DNA of 64,000 bases from Bacteroidales bacterium UBA5762. Lineage in GTDB: Bacteria > Bacteroidota > Bacteroidia > Bacteroidales > TTA-H9. The DNA lies in assembly GCA_002418865.1 (NCBI GenBank), contig DIEY01000072.1, positions 51,881 to 115,880 of the forward strand, given 5' to 3'. Numbering within the stretch: the stretch's first letter is position 1; the number at the start of each line of letters is the position of its first letter. Position numbers and translations under genes: made by a program. Positions 46,967 through 56,692 of the stretch are shown here, in pieces. The notes under the pieces were generated by a model. It ran no database searches. It was not told the origin of the DNA and saw only the letters and a list, made by a program, of their open reading frames with translations.

Positions 46967-48262
46967 ATGCATTCGCGATTTTATAAGATCCTGCCATTTT
47001 TCTTTTTTTTGTTGAGTAGTTTACTATATCCCAATGTCATTTCTGCTCAGTTTGACTCTCTTTTCCTCAATAAGACTCTCCGTTTCGACTATATTCACAT
47101 GGGTGATGCCAATAGTGAATTTTTTGCCATGGATGAATTTCTCGAAGAACCCTATTGGGCAGGCTCACACCTCAACCTAATCGATACCTTAGGTTATGGC
47201 AAATTTCAGTATCGAGTTTATGATCTATCTACTGGTCGTTTGATCTATTCGAGAGGTTATTCTACCTTGTTCTCTGAATGGCAAACTACCCTTGAAGCAC
47301 AAGATGTTTTCAGAGCATTCGAAGAATCCATTGTCATGCCTTTCCCACGTCATGACATCCTCATCGAAATATACAGCTACAATAAAAAGGGGCAATTCGA
47401 AAAAAAAATTTCTTATCCTTTTCGCGTCAACAATTATTTTGTCAATCGAAAGCAGAGAATGGTTTTCCCTGTCATAGAGGTTAGAGAAGTTGCTCCCACA
47501 GAAAAAGCCCTCGATATTGTGATTTTGCCCGAGGGATATACTTCTCAGCAGATGGAAATTTTCAAGCAAGACTGTCAGAAATTTGCGGAAATACTCATAG
47601 GATACGCTCCATACAACGAATACAGCGATAAGATCAACATCAGAGCGGTTTTAGCTCCTTCTCAAGAAGAAGGAAGTGATTTTCCAGCTACCGGTATTTG
47701 GAAAAATACTCTGCTACATTCAAAATTCTATACCTTCGATCTGGATCGTTACTGCATGACCGAAGCCTTTCAAACGGTAAGAGATGTTGCTGCTAATGCC
47801 CCTTACGACCAGATTTATATTCTGGTCAATTCCTCCAGTTACGGCGGTGGTGCAATCTTCAATTATTATGCTCTTTCGGTGAATAGCAACATGTTGGCTG
47901 GAAAAGTCTTTATCCATGAGTTTGGGCATAGTTTTGCCGGATTAGCCGATGAATATTATGATTCTCAGGTGGCTTACAATGAATTTTATCCTTTAGACGT
48001 AGAGCCTCAGGAACCGAATATCACTACTTTAGTAAAGTTCGATAGAAAATGGGCTGATATGGTAGAAGAAGGCGTTCCCATCCCTACCCCAGCCGAAGAA
48101 GATTACAGAAATAAAATTGGAGTTTTCGAAGGAGGTGGCTATGCTGCCAAAGGCATTTATCGCCCAGCCATGGATTGCCTGATGAATACTTTTCATCAGA
48201 ACACCTTTTGCCCGGTTTGCATACGTGCTATCCGACAAATGCTCAATTTTTATACTCAATGA
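46967..48262 (+). CDS. M64 family metallopeptidase (IgA peptidase-like), secreted
   Basis: Signal VISA|Q, KTLRFDY, DIVILPEGYT, HEFGHSFAGLADEY, EGGGY, YRPAMDCLM, FCPVC. Confidence 0.92.
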   Translation: MHSRFYKILPFFFFLLSSLLYPNVISAQFDSLFLNKTLRFDYIHMGDANSEFFAMDEFLEEPYWAGSHLNLIDTLGYGKFQYRVYDLSTGRLIYSRGYSTLFSEWQTTLEAQDVFRAFEESIVMPFPRHDILIEIYSYNKKGQFEKKISYPFRVNNYFVNRKQRMVFPVIEVREVAPTEKALDIVILPEGYTSQQMEIFKQDCQKFAEILIGYAPYNEYSDKINIRAVLAPSQEEGSDFPATGIWKNTLLHSKFYTFDLDRYCMTEAFQTVRDVAANAPYDQIYILVNSSSYGGGAIFNYYALSVNSNMLAGKVFIHEFGHSFAGLADEYYDSQVAYNEFYPLDVEPQEPNITTLVKFDRKWADMVEEGVPIPTPAEEDYRNKIGVFEGGGYAAKGIYRPAMDCLMNTFHQNTFCPVCIRAIRQMLNFYTQ

Positions 48263-48289
48263 ACCATATTAATAATTTTAAATACGACC

Positions 48290-49192
48290 ATGATTACTCA
48301 TTTAGAACAAATGATCGAAGCTGCAAAGGCTAAAGCCCGTAAAAGAATCGTTGTGGCTTACGCCAACGACATCCATTCCATAGAAGCCGTACACCATACT
48401 ATGGAATTAGGAATTGTAGATGCTACGCTTGTAGGTGACAAAGCTACTATTGTAAAGGTTTGTGAGGATTTGAATATTCAATCCCAGAAATTTCGTATTG
48501 TTCACGAGTCGGATGAGCAAAAAGCAGCTCACAAAGCCGTTGAACTGATCATAAAGGGTGAAGGTGATATTCTGATGAAAGGCCTTGTGAGCTCCGATAA
48601 ATATATGAGAGCCATTCTCAATAAAGATGCAGGTTTATTGCCCCCAAAGGCCATCTTGAGTCATGTAACGGTAATTGAAAACCCAAATTACGACAAACTA
48701 CTAATAGTTGGTGATGTAGCCATTATACCTTCTCCAGACTTAGACCAGAAGATCGCCATCACGAATTACCTGATACAAACCGCTCATCGGCTGGGAAATG
48801 AAAAGCCTAAAGTGGCGATTATTGCCGCAACCGAACAAATGTTACCGAATATGCCCGCATGTGTTGATGCAGCCATCATTTCAAAAATGGGTGAACGCGG
48901 ACAGATTAAAGGAGCCATTATTGACGGCCCTCTTGGACTTGATTCAGCTATCGACAAAGAGAGTGCCACTATAAAAAAAGTAAAGAGTGAAGTGGCCGGT
49001 GATGCCGATTGTCTGCTTTTCCCCAACATCGAAACGGGTAATGTTTTTTATAAATTCAATACTAAACTCGCCAAAGGTGAATTGGGAGCAATCGTTATAG
49101 GAGCCAAATGCCCAGCTATCCTCACCTCAAGAGGCGATAGCGCTCTCTCAAAAACATATTCCATTGCTTTGGCTGCCCTTTCAGCCGACTAA
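48290..49192 (+). CDS. ptb: Phosphate acyl/butyryltransferase, copy 1
   Basis: ILMKG, LSHV, IDGPLGLDSAI, LLFPNIETGNVFYK, LTSRGDS. Confidence 0.9.
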   Translation: MITHLEQMIEAAKAKARKRIVVAYANDIHSIEAVHHTMELGIVDATLVGDKATIVKVCEDLNIQSQKFRIVHESDEQKAAHKAVELIIKGEGDILMKGLVSSDKYMRAILNKDAGLLPPKAILSHVTVIENPNYDKLLIVGDVAIIPSPDLDQKIAITNYLIQTAHRLGNEKPKVAIIAATEQMLPNMPACVDAAIISKMGERGQIKGAIIDGPLGLDSAIDKESATIKKVKSEVAGDADCLLFPNIETGNVFYKFNTKLAKGELGAIVIGAKCPAILTSRGDSALSKTYSIALAALSAD

Positions 49193-49221
49193 TAACAAAC
49201 CACCCTTTAACCTTTTGCTCT

Positions 49222-50133
49222 ATGATCACTAATTTTACACAATTAGTGGATAAAGTAAAAACAGTAACTCCTCAAACCATTGCTGTGGTTGCTGCCGAAG
49301 ATCATGCCACCCTTGGAGCTATTCATCGCGCTATTTCTACGGGTTTCGCAAAGGCTATCCTCTTTGGCAATCAATTAATTATTGAATCTTTGCTTGCTCA
49401 TTATGAAATTCCTGATCATTCCTATACAATTATTCATCAACCCAATGAACAAATAGCGGTAAGTGAAGCCGTTACTATGGTTAATCAAGGTAAAGCTGAT
49501 ATTTTGATGAAAGGCATTATTGGCACTGATATTTTTTTGAAAGCAGTGCTGGATAAAACATCAGGACTATTAAATCAAGGTGAAGTAATGACTTATGTAG
49601 CTGCTATGCAAATACCTACTTATCATAAATTACTCTTCATTTCCGATACGGCGGTCATCCCTTATCCTGACCTCAATCAAAAAGTTGCCATGTTGAAGTA
49701 TTCAGTTGAGATGGCTAAAAGATTTGGCATTTCTAAACCTAAAGTTGCTTTCATTGGAGCCTCTGAAAAAGCTGGGAATCAATCACAAACAGCAATTGAT
49801 GCCAGTATTATAAGCAAAATGGCTCAACGTGGACAACTTGGGGAAGTTATTGTAGATGGCCCACTCGATATTTTTCTGGCTACCCAACCCGAAAGTCTGA
49901 GTATTAAACGAATTAATACCCCCATCGAGGGAGACGCCGATATTTTAATCTTTCCTTCTCTTGAAAGTTGTAATGCCTTTTATAAAGGTTTAGTGAGATT
50001 TGCTGGGGCAGAATTGGCGGGCTTAATACAAGGTACTCGCAAACCTGTAGTTCTGATGTCGAGAAGTGAAAGTGAAAATTCAAAATTTTATTGTCTGGCT
50101 CTCGCATGCCTTATGTCGAATAAAAACCTCTAG
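49222..50133 (+). CDS. ptb: Phosphate acyl/butyryltransferase, copy 2 (divergent)
   Basis: ILMKG, VDGPLDIF, LIFPSLESCNAFYK, LMSRSES. Confidence 0.85.
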   Translation: MITNFTQLVDKVKTVTPQTIAVVAAEDHATLGAIHRAISTGFAKAILFGNQLIIESLLAHYEIPDHSYTIIHQPNEQIAVSEAVTMVNQGKADILMKGIIGTDIFLKAVLDKTSGLLNQGEVMTYVAAMQIPTYHKLLFISDTAVIPYPDLNQKVAMLKYSVEMAKRFGISKPKVAFIGASEKAGNQSQTAIDASIISKMAQRGQLGEVIVDGPLDIFLATQPESLSIKRINTPIEGDADILIFPSLESCNAFYKGLVRFAGAELAGLIQGTRKPVVLMSRSESENSKFYCLALACLMSNKNL

Positions 50134-50137
50134 TATA

Positions 50138-51214
50138 ATGAACAATGAACGTATTCTTGCCATCAATCCAGGCTCAACTTCGACCAAAATAGCCGTATAT
50201 GAAGGAAACAAAAACATCTTTCTGAAAACCATACGTCACACGCCTGAACAATTGCAATGCTGTCGGAAAATTACCGATCAATTTTCTTTTAGAAAAGAAA
50301 TCATTTTGAAAGAATTGAAAGCTGCTGGGATAGATCTAAACAGTATAAAAGTGGTAGTTGGGCGTGGAGGTCTGGTAAAACCTATCCCCAGCGGAGTATA
50401 TGAAGTTAACGCCCGTTTGATAGAAGATTTGAAGGCAGGAGTAATGGGTGAACATGCCAGCAATTTAGGTGGACTTATAGCCGATGAAATTGCTCGATCC
50501 TTAAACAATGCCAAAGCCTATATAGCCGATCCGGTTGTAGTAGATGAATTACAGGATGTTGCACGAATTGCAGGGCATCCTCTCTTCAAAAGATTGTCTA
50601 TTTTTCATGCCTTGAACCAAAAAGCTATAGCTCGATTATATGCTCGATCGCAAAACAAGAATTACGAAGACCTTAACCTTGTGATAGCGCACTTAGGAGG
50701 TGGCATATCAGTTGGAGCTCATCAAAAAGGGAAGGTTATTGATGTAAATAATGCTTTAGATGGAGAAGGGCCTTTTTCCCCTGAACGTAGCGGGACTTTA
50801 CCTGCAGGACAATTGGCAACTTTGTGTTTTAGTGGGCAATATACACTTGAAGAAGTAAAAAAGATGATTACGGGCAATGGTGGGTATATGGCCTATCTGA
50901 ATACCAATAATGCTTATGAAGTTGAAATGGCGGCACGCGAAGGCGATCAAAAGGCTAGTCTTATTCAAGACGCATTGGCTTATCAAGTTGCTAAGGAAAT
51001 TGGAGCTATGGCCACCGTTTTAAAAGGGAATGTCGATGCTATTATTCTTACAGGAGGAATAGCCCACAATACTTACGTGGTTAACTATATCAAAGAAATG
51101 ACAAGCTTTATAGCACCTATTATAGTTTATCCAGGAGAAGACGAAATGAGTGCTTTGGCCATGAATGGACTAATGGTTCTTAGAGGCGAAGGCAAGGTGG
51201 GTATTTATGAATAA
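50138..51214 (+). CDS. buk: Butyrate (branched-chain carboxylate) kinase; start 50138
   Basis: ILAINPGSTSTK, VGRGG, EHASNLG, DPVVVDE, HALNQKA, HLGGGISV, GPFSPER, LTGGIA, YPGEDEM. Confidence 0.96.
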   Translation: MNNERILAINPGSTSTKIAVYEGNKNIFLKTIRHTPEQLQCCRKITDQFSFRKEIILKELKAAGIDLNSIKVVVGRGGLVKPIPSGVYEVNARLIEDLKAGVMGEHASNLGGLIADEIARSLNNAKAYIADPVVVDELQDVARIAGHPLFKRLSIFHALNQKAIARLYARSQNKNYEDLNLVIAHLGGGISVGAHQKGKVIDVNNALDGEGPFSPERSGTLPAGQLATLCFSGQYTLEEVKKMITGNGGYMAYLNTNNAYEVEMAAREGDQKASLIQDALAYQVAKEIGAMATVLKGNVDAIILTGGIAHNTYVVNYIKEMTSFIAPIIVYPGEDEMSALAMNGLMVLRGEGKVGIYE

Positions 51215-51358
51215 AACACTTCGAAACCATTTCTATCTTCCTTACAATGCTATCTTGCTTTTTTGGGTAGAAAAAACCTCTTATCTTTTTATATTTATAT
51301 AAGCCCTCAAAAAGCTAATTTTGCTTTATAGATTTAAATTTTCCCTGTTATCCCAAAT

Positions 51359-52087
51359 ATCATTCATACACGGGCAATTCTGCTGCATTATATTCATTAT
51401 AGCGATCACAGCATCATTGCAAAGTTATATACTCGAGAGAGTGGCTTAAAGTCGTTCATGGTCAAAGGTATGAGCAGAAAGAATTCTATATTGAAACCTT
51501 CTCAGCTTCAGCCATTGACCCTTCTCGAAATCATATATGAAGAAAAACCACATCGCCAACTTTACTTCTTAAAAGAAGCAAGAAATTATTTTCTGAGCTA
51601 TAAAGCCCAAAATAATGTGATTATATCAGGAATTATCCTTTTTATAACCGAAGTGCTCAATCATAGCATAAAGGAAGAAGAAGCCAATCCCCAGCTTTTC
51701 GATTTTATAGAAAAAATCATCATTAAGCTCGAAACAATAGAAGAGAATATAGCTTTTTTACCTATCTGGTTTCTTATCAGATTGTCGAGTTTTTTAGGGA
51801 TTACCCCTTTAAATAATTACACTTCGGAAACTATTACTTTCAACATGGAGGAAGGAAAGTTCCAGGAAAGTTTCCCAGAACGAAATGTTTATATTACTGG
51901 TGAGAATGTCGAAATTCTCTCACTTCTCATCAAAGCATTTAGCGCCTCCGACTATTTTGTACCTAACATTCAAATTAGTGACAAATCTGTCATAATAGAT
52001 ATTCTACTTCAATATTATCATCAACATTTACCTGGTTTTTCAGAGATTCATACTCATAAAATCTTGAAAGAAATACTATATTCTTGA
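51359..52087 (+). CDS. recO: DNA repair protein RecO; N-terminus extends 33 codons above the first ATG (51458)
   Basis: xIHTRAILLH...YSDHSIIAKLYTRESG..SFMVKG OB-fold start, QPLTLLEI, FLIRLSSFLGITP, FNMEEGKF; -7 box at 51316-51323. Confidence 0.88.
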   Translation: MIHTRAILLHYIHYSDHSIIAKLYTRESGLKSFMVKGMSRKNSILKPSQLQPLTLLEIIYEEKPHRQLYFLKEARNYFLSYKAQNNVIISGIILFITEVLNHSIKEEEANPQLFDFIEKIIIKLETIEENIAFLPIWFLIRLSSFLGITPLNNYTSETITFNMEEGKFQESFPERNVYITGENVEILSLLIKAFSASDYFVPNIQISDKSVIIDILLQYYHQHLPGFSEIHTHKILKEILYS

Positions 52088-52367
52088 TATTCATAAGATT
52101 GCAATAATTTGCTGAAGAGTTCAAATTGATGAAACACATCTGTGTGGTTATTTTACTCGATGCGAAACTTTTTTTCAATAGAACCTTTTATATTACTTCT
52201 TTTAAAACTTACACCATCAGTCTTTTTGTTTTTCTCATTCTTATGAAAAATGAACTTAGATAAGAATAGTTTTATATAGAATTAGTAATCAATGAATTTT
52301 TTCTATATCTGAGTAAAAAATCGTATTTTTGCAAAGAAAAGACGACGATTTATATAACTTTTTTATA

Positions 52368-53186
52368 ATGACTAAAGCTCGTGTGCTCTTTGTATCTCAA
52401 GAAATAGTTCCTTATTTGAAGGACAGCCCTATGGGACGTATCTCGAGATACCTTCCTCAAGGGATTCAGGAAAAGGGAAAAGAAATCAGAACATTTATGC
52501 CAAGATATGGGCATATCAATGAAAGGCGAAATCAGCTACATGAAGTAATTAGATTATCGGGTATAAATATTATTATTGATAATACTGATCGCCCACTCAT
52601 TATCAAAGTGGCTTCCATACAGCAAGCACGAATGCAGGTATATTTTATTGATAATGATGATTATTTTGCCCGAAAGTTTCAGTTTTACGACAAGAACGAT
52701 AAGTTCTTCAAGGATAATGACGAAAGAGCCGTATTTTTTGCAAGAGGAGTACTAGAAACTGTTAAAAAGTTAGGCTGGAATCCCGATATTATCCACTGTC
52801 ATGGATGGTTTACAAGTTTACTCCCACTTTATGTAAAAACAGCCTACAAAGACAATCCTATTTTTAGTGATGCAAAAATTATTGTTTCACTGTATGATGA
52901 TGAATTTGAGGGTGAACTTGGGAAAACAATCAAATCGAAAATAAAGCTTCCTGGCATCAAGGAAAAACATCTCACTAATTATAAAAAAGGAACTTTTGTA
53001 GGGATAATGCAAGGAGCCCTCGATTTTGCCGATGGAGCAATTATTGCAAGCGAAAACGTAAACCCCGAGATATTAAACTATCTTAGTCAAAAAAATATGC
53101 CTATTCTTCCTCTCCAAGATGAAGAAACCTATATTGACGCTTATAATGATTTTTATGAGAAAATTCTCAAAAATGAGAAGACTTAG
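52368..53186 (+). CDS. Stand-alone glycogen/starch synthase N-terminal (Glyco_transf_5) domain protein; start 52368
   Basis: EIRTFMPRYG, VYFIDNDDYF, DNDERAVFF, PDIIHCHGW; no C-terminal GT-B half; -7 box at 52324-52331. Confidence 0.85.
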   Translation: MTKARVLFVSQEIVPYLKDSPMGRISRYLPQGIQEKGKEIRTFMPRYGHINERRNQLHEVIRLSGINIIIDNTDRPLIIKVASIQQARMQVYFIDNDDYFARKFQFYDKNDKFFKDNDERAVFFARGVLETVKKLGWNPDIIHCHGWFTSLLPLYVKTAYKDNPIFSDAKIIVSLYDDEFEGELGKTIKSKIKLPGIKEKHLTNYKKGTFVGIMQGALDFADGAIIASENVNPEILNYLSQKNMPILPLQDEETYIDAYNDFYEKILKNEKT

Positions 53187-53254
53187 GTTATATTTGCAAA
53201 AATAATCCTGCACATTATAAGTATTTCCTTTGAGTTAGTTAAAATATCAATACT

Positions 53255-54598
53255 TTGAAAGAATTAATCCGAAATTTGTTTATCATCGCCTTATTGGCTA
53301 CAGCTTTTATAGTTGATTCGTGTACTAAAGAACCCGATCAAATAGGAACTAGCATCATTCCTCCTACCGATAAACTTCAATATGGTAGAGATACAACTAT
53401 AGTCATCGAAGCTTACTCGGTTTTGGAAGACTCTGTCCGTACGGATGAGACCAGTCAAAATATCATTGGAAGTTATTGGGATCCAATTTTTGGTATTACT
53501 ACAGCAGGAATTTATACTCAACTTTCCTTACCTTTTGTTGGACATAGCTTTGGGACTAATCCTACCATTGATTCGGCCATTCTTAAATTAGCACTTAAAG
53601 GGGCCTATGGTGATTCTACCTCTTATCTTACTATCAATGTTTACGAACTTCTCGATACAATAAGTTACGGTGGCACATATTACTCCACAAATAGCATTGC
53701 TCATTCCGCTGTGCCACTCGCCTCAAAAAGCCTCATTGCTCGGCCTTACGACAGTGTATATATAGATTCGGTAAAATATGCCCCTCATCTTCGTATCCGC
53801 CTCGACCAATCTGCTCCAAATTTTATTCAAAAACTGTTTTCAACCCCTACTGAGGCCCTGGGCGAAAATGCTGAATTCATTCAGTATATGAAAGGATTGT
53901 ATATTACCGCAGAAGATGCCAATATGCCGGGTAAAGGTTCTCTTTTATATGTTAACCTCGAATCTACACTTACTGAGTTAATCTTGTATTATAAGAACGA
54001 TGAGAGTGATTCCTTGTCTTTTAGTTTGGTTGTTAATGCAGCAACGGCTCGATTCAATCATTTCGATCATTATGGCTATGCACATGCAGATCCTGTTTTC
54101 AAGCAACAAGTTATTTATCACGACAAATCTCTTGGAAAAGACAAACTCTATTTGCAGACTATGGGCGGTGTAAAAACAGTAATCACTATCCCAAGCCTAA
54201 AAGGACTGGTTCCTGAGGGGACGAAAGTCGCTATTACAGAAGCCAGCCTTATTATCTCCAATATTGATGCTTCATCTATTTATACTGCCCCTGACAATCT
54301 CGTTCTTTTTGAAGAAGACACAACGGGAAAAGTATATTTTCTTGCAGAACAAAGCATAGGAAGTGAATATTTTGGAGGTATTTACAACCCTACACAGCAA
54401 AATTACTATTTCCGTATTCCACGTTATATCCAGAATATATTCGATGGAACAGCCGATACTACTCGTCATTTAACACTTATTGCTTCAAGCCCTTCAGTAA
54501 GAGGCAACCGACTTATTTTTGGAGGTACTAATCCAATTCTTCCATCTTTATCTCCAAAACGTTTACGTTTACATCTCATTTATACTTTTTTACCTTAA
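53255..54598 (+). CDS. DUF4270-like lipoprotein (TTG start)
   Basis: Lipobox VDSC, GSYWDPIFG, YMKGLYI, LYLQTMGG; lies between the GT5-domain gene and glmS; -7 box at 53189-53196. Confidence 0.75.
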   Translation: MKELIRNLFIIALLATAFIVDSCTKEPDQIGTSIIPPTDKLQYGRDTTIVIEAYSVLEDSVRTDETSQNIIGSYWDPIFGITTAGIYTQLSLPFVGHSFGTNPTIDSAILKLALKGAYGDSTSYLTINVYELLDTISYGGTYYSTNSIAHSAVPLASKSLIARPYDSVYIDSVKYAPHLRIRLDQSAPNFIQKLFSTPTEALGENAEFIQYMKGLYITAEDANMPGKGSLLYVNLESTLTELILYYKNDESDSLSFSLVVNAATARFNHFDHYGYAHADPVFKQQVIYHDKSLGKDKLYLQTMGGVKTVITIPSLKGLVPEGTKVAITEASLIISNIDASSIYTAPDNLVLFEEDTTGKVYFLAEQSIGSEYFGGIYNPTQQNYYFRIPRYIQNIFDGTADTTRHLTLIASSPSVRGNRLIFGGTNPILPSLSPKRLRLHLIYTFLP

Positions 54599-54636
54599 AT
54601 TTGTTATGTTTTTTCCTCAACAAAAACTTTTTAAAA

Positions 54637-56475
54637 ATGTGTGGTATAGTAGGTTATATTGGTTACCGAGATGCTGAACCCATTTTAATTAATGGACTCA
54701 AGCGCCTCGAGTATAGAGGATACGACAGCGCAGGTATTGCTATCCTCAATGAAAAGCTTCATGTATACAAAACAAAAGGCAAAGTAGCCGATTTGGAAAA
54801 ATTGATTAATGGGAAAGATCTTCATGGCACTATTGGTATGGCTCATACACGTTGGGCTACTCATGGAGAACCCAATGAAGTGAATGCTCATCCGCATTTT
54901 TCCCAAAACGACGAACTAGCCCTTATTCACAATGGCATTATTGAAAATTATGCCGTTATTCGTGATTCTCTCATTCAACATGGTTATCAGTTTCGTAGTA
55001 ATACCGATACTGAAGTCCTCGTCCAACTCATTCATTATATTAAAACCTCTTCGGGTTTTCCCTTGATAAAAGCAGTTCAGGCAGCTCTTAATAACGTAAT
55101 TGGAGCTTGGGCAATAGTGGTTATGGATAAGAATGACCCTGATACACTGATTGCTGCACGTAAAGGAAGCCCTTTAGTCATTGGCATAGGCAATAATGAA
55201 TTTTTTCTGGCCTCCGATGCGTCTCCTATAGTTGAATTTACTAAAGATGTTGTTTATCTTAACGATGAAGAAATAGCTATTCTCAAACGAGGCGAAAATC
55301 TTAGGATAAAAACGATTAAAGATGTGGAAAAAAATCCTGTAATACAAAAATTAGAACTTAATATCAGTCAGTTGGAAAAGGGGGGATTTGAACATTTCAT
55401 GCTCAAAGAAATATTCGAACAGCCCGAAACCATTAAAGACTGCATGAGAGGAAGAATAAGCGAGGATAAGACCACTATTGCTATGGCGGGTATTATCGAT
55501 CATCTTGAGAAATTTATGCAGGCGCGCCGCATCATCATTACTGCAGCCGGAACTTCATGGCATGCAGGATTGGTCGGAGAACACCTGTTAGAAGATTTAG
55601 CCCGTATTCCTGTCGAAGTTGAGTATTCCTCGGAATTTCGTTATCGTAATCCTGTCATTTTCCCTGACGACATTGTGATTGCCATCAGCCAGTCGGGCGA
55701 AACGGCCGATACCATGGCGGCTATTCAAATGGCAAGACAAAAAGGAGCATTCCTCTATGGAATTTGTAACGTTGTAGGTAGTTCTATCGCTCGTTATGTA
55801 GATGCAGGATCCTACACTCATGCAGGACCTGAAATAGGCGTGGCTTCAACTAAAGCTTTTACAGCTCAAGTAACCGTTCTGGCACTTATGGCTCTAGCCT
55901 TGGGTCAAAAGAAGGGAACTATTACTAACCAGAGAGTTAAAGAAATACTGACCGAAATGGAAACCATTCCTGATAAAGTCAGTCAAATACTCGACAAAGC
56001 AGAAAAAATTAAGGACTTTTCAAAAATCTTCACTTATTCACGCAATTTCCTTTATCTGGGTCGAGGTTACAATTTCCCCGTTGCCTTAGAAGGAGCCTTA
56101 AAACTCAAAGAAATTTCATATATTCATGCCGAAGGTTACCCCGCCGCCGAAATGAAACATGGACCCATTGCTTTAATCGACCAGGAAATGCCTGTTGTTG
56201 TTATTGCAACCAATAGAGGTACTTACGAAAAAGTGATCTCTAACATAGAAGAAGTAAAATCTCGTAAAGGTCGTATTATCTCTATCATAACTGAAGGAGA
56301 TACAAGAGTAAAAAATCTTTCAGATTATTATATCGAAATACCTGAAACTGAAGAAATGTTAGTTCCTATACTGGCAACTATTCCCTTGCAGTTGATGGCA
56401 TACTATATTGCCGTTCTTCGCGGATGCAACGTCGACCAACCTCGCAACCTCGCTAAATCGGTTACCGTAGAATAA
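54637..56475 (+). CDS. glmS: Glutamine-fructose-6-phosphate aminotransferase; start 54637
   Basis: MCGIVG, LEYRGYDSAG, HTRWATHG, HNGIIEN, SQSGETADT, VASTKAFT, EMKHGP, NLAKSVTVE. Confidence 0.98.
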   Translation: MCGIVGYIGYRDAEPILINGLKRLEYRGYDSAGIAILNEKLHVYKTKGKVADLEKLINGKDLHGTIGMAHTRWATHGEPNEVNAHPHFSQNDELALIHNGIIENYAVIRDSLIQHGYQFRSNTDTEVLVQLIHYIKTSSGFPLIKAVQAALNNVIGAWAIVVMDKNDPDTLIAARKGSPLVIGIGNNEFFLASDASPIVEFTKDVVYLNDEEIAILKRGENLRIKTIKDVEKNPVIQKLELNISQLEKGGFEHFMLKEIFEQPETIKDCMRGRISEDKTTIAMAGIIDHLEKFMQARRIIITAAGTSWHAGLVGEHLLEDLARIPVEVEYSSEFRYRNPVIFPDDIVIAISQSGETADTMAAIQMARQKGAFLYGICNVVGSSIARYVDAGSYTHAGPEIGVASTKAFTAQVTVLALMALALGQKKGTITNQRVKEILTEMETIPDKVSQILDKAEKIKDFSKIFTYSRNFLYLGRGYNFPVALEGALKLKEISYIHAEGYPAAEMKHGPIALIDQEMPVVVIATNRGTYEKVISNIEEVKSRKGRIISIITEGDTRVKNLSDYYIEIPETEEMLVPILATIPLQLMAYYIAVLRGCNVDQPRNLAKSVTVE

Positions 56476-56495
56476 ACTTCTTTTATTCATAAGAA

Positions 56496-56537
56496 AAATC
56501 TCTCTCCCTTATTTGTCAATAAAGATGAGAGAGATTT
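56496..56537. terminator. Long imperfect hairpin between convergent glmS and sod
   Basis: 11-bp outer stem AAATCTCTCTC/GAGAGAGATTT plus inner TTATT/AATAA. Confidence 0.55.
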
Positions 56538-56692
56538 ATTTTGTACACATTTGCAATGCTAATCGAATTTGAATGGCGGGTTTTTAAGTTCCACCATAGT
56601 ACATCTCTTTTCTATCTCGATAAAATTTACATTATTCCTCAAAATTCCCAGAATAAAAAACCACAAAACTTTACCTCAAACTATTCATACCA

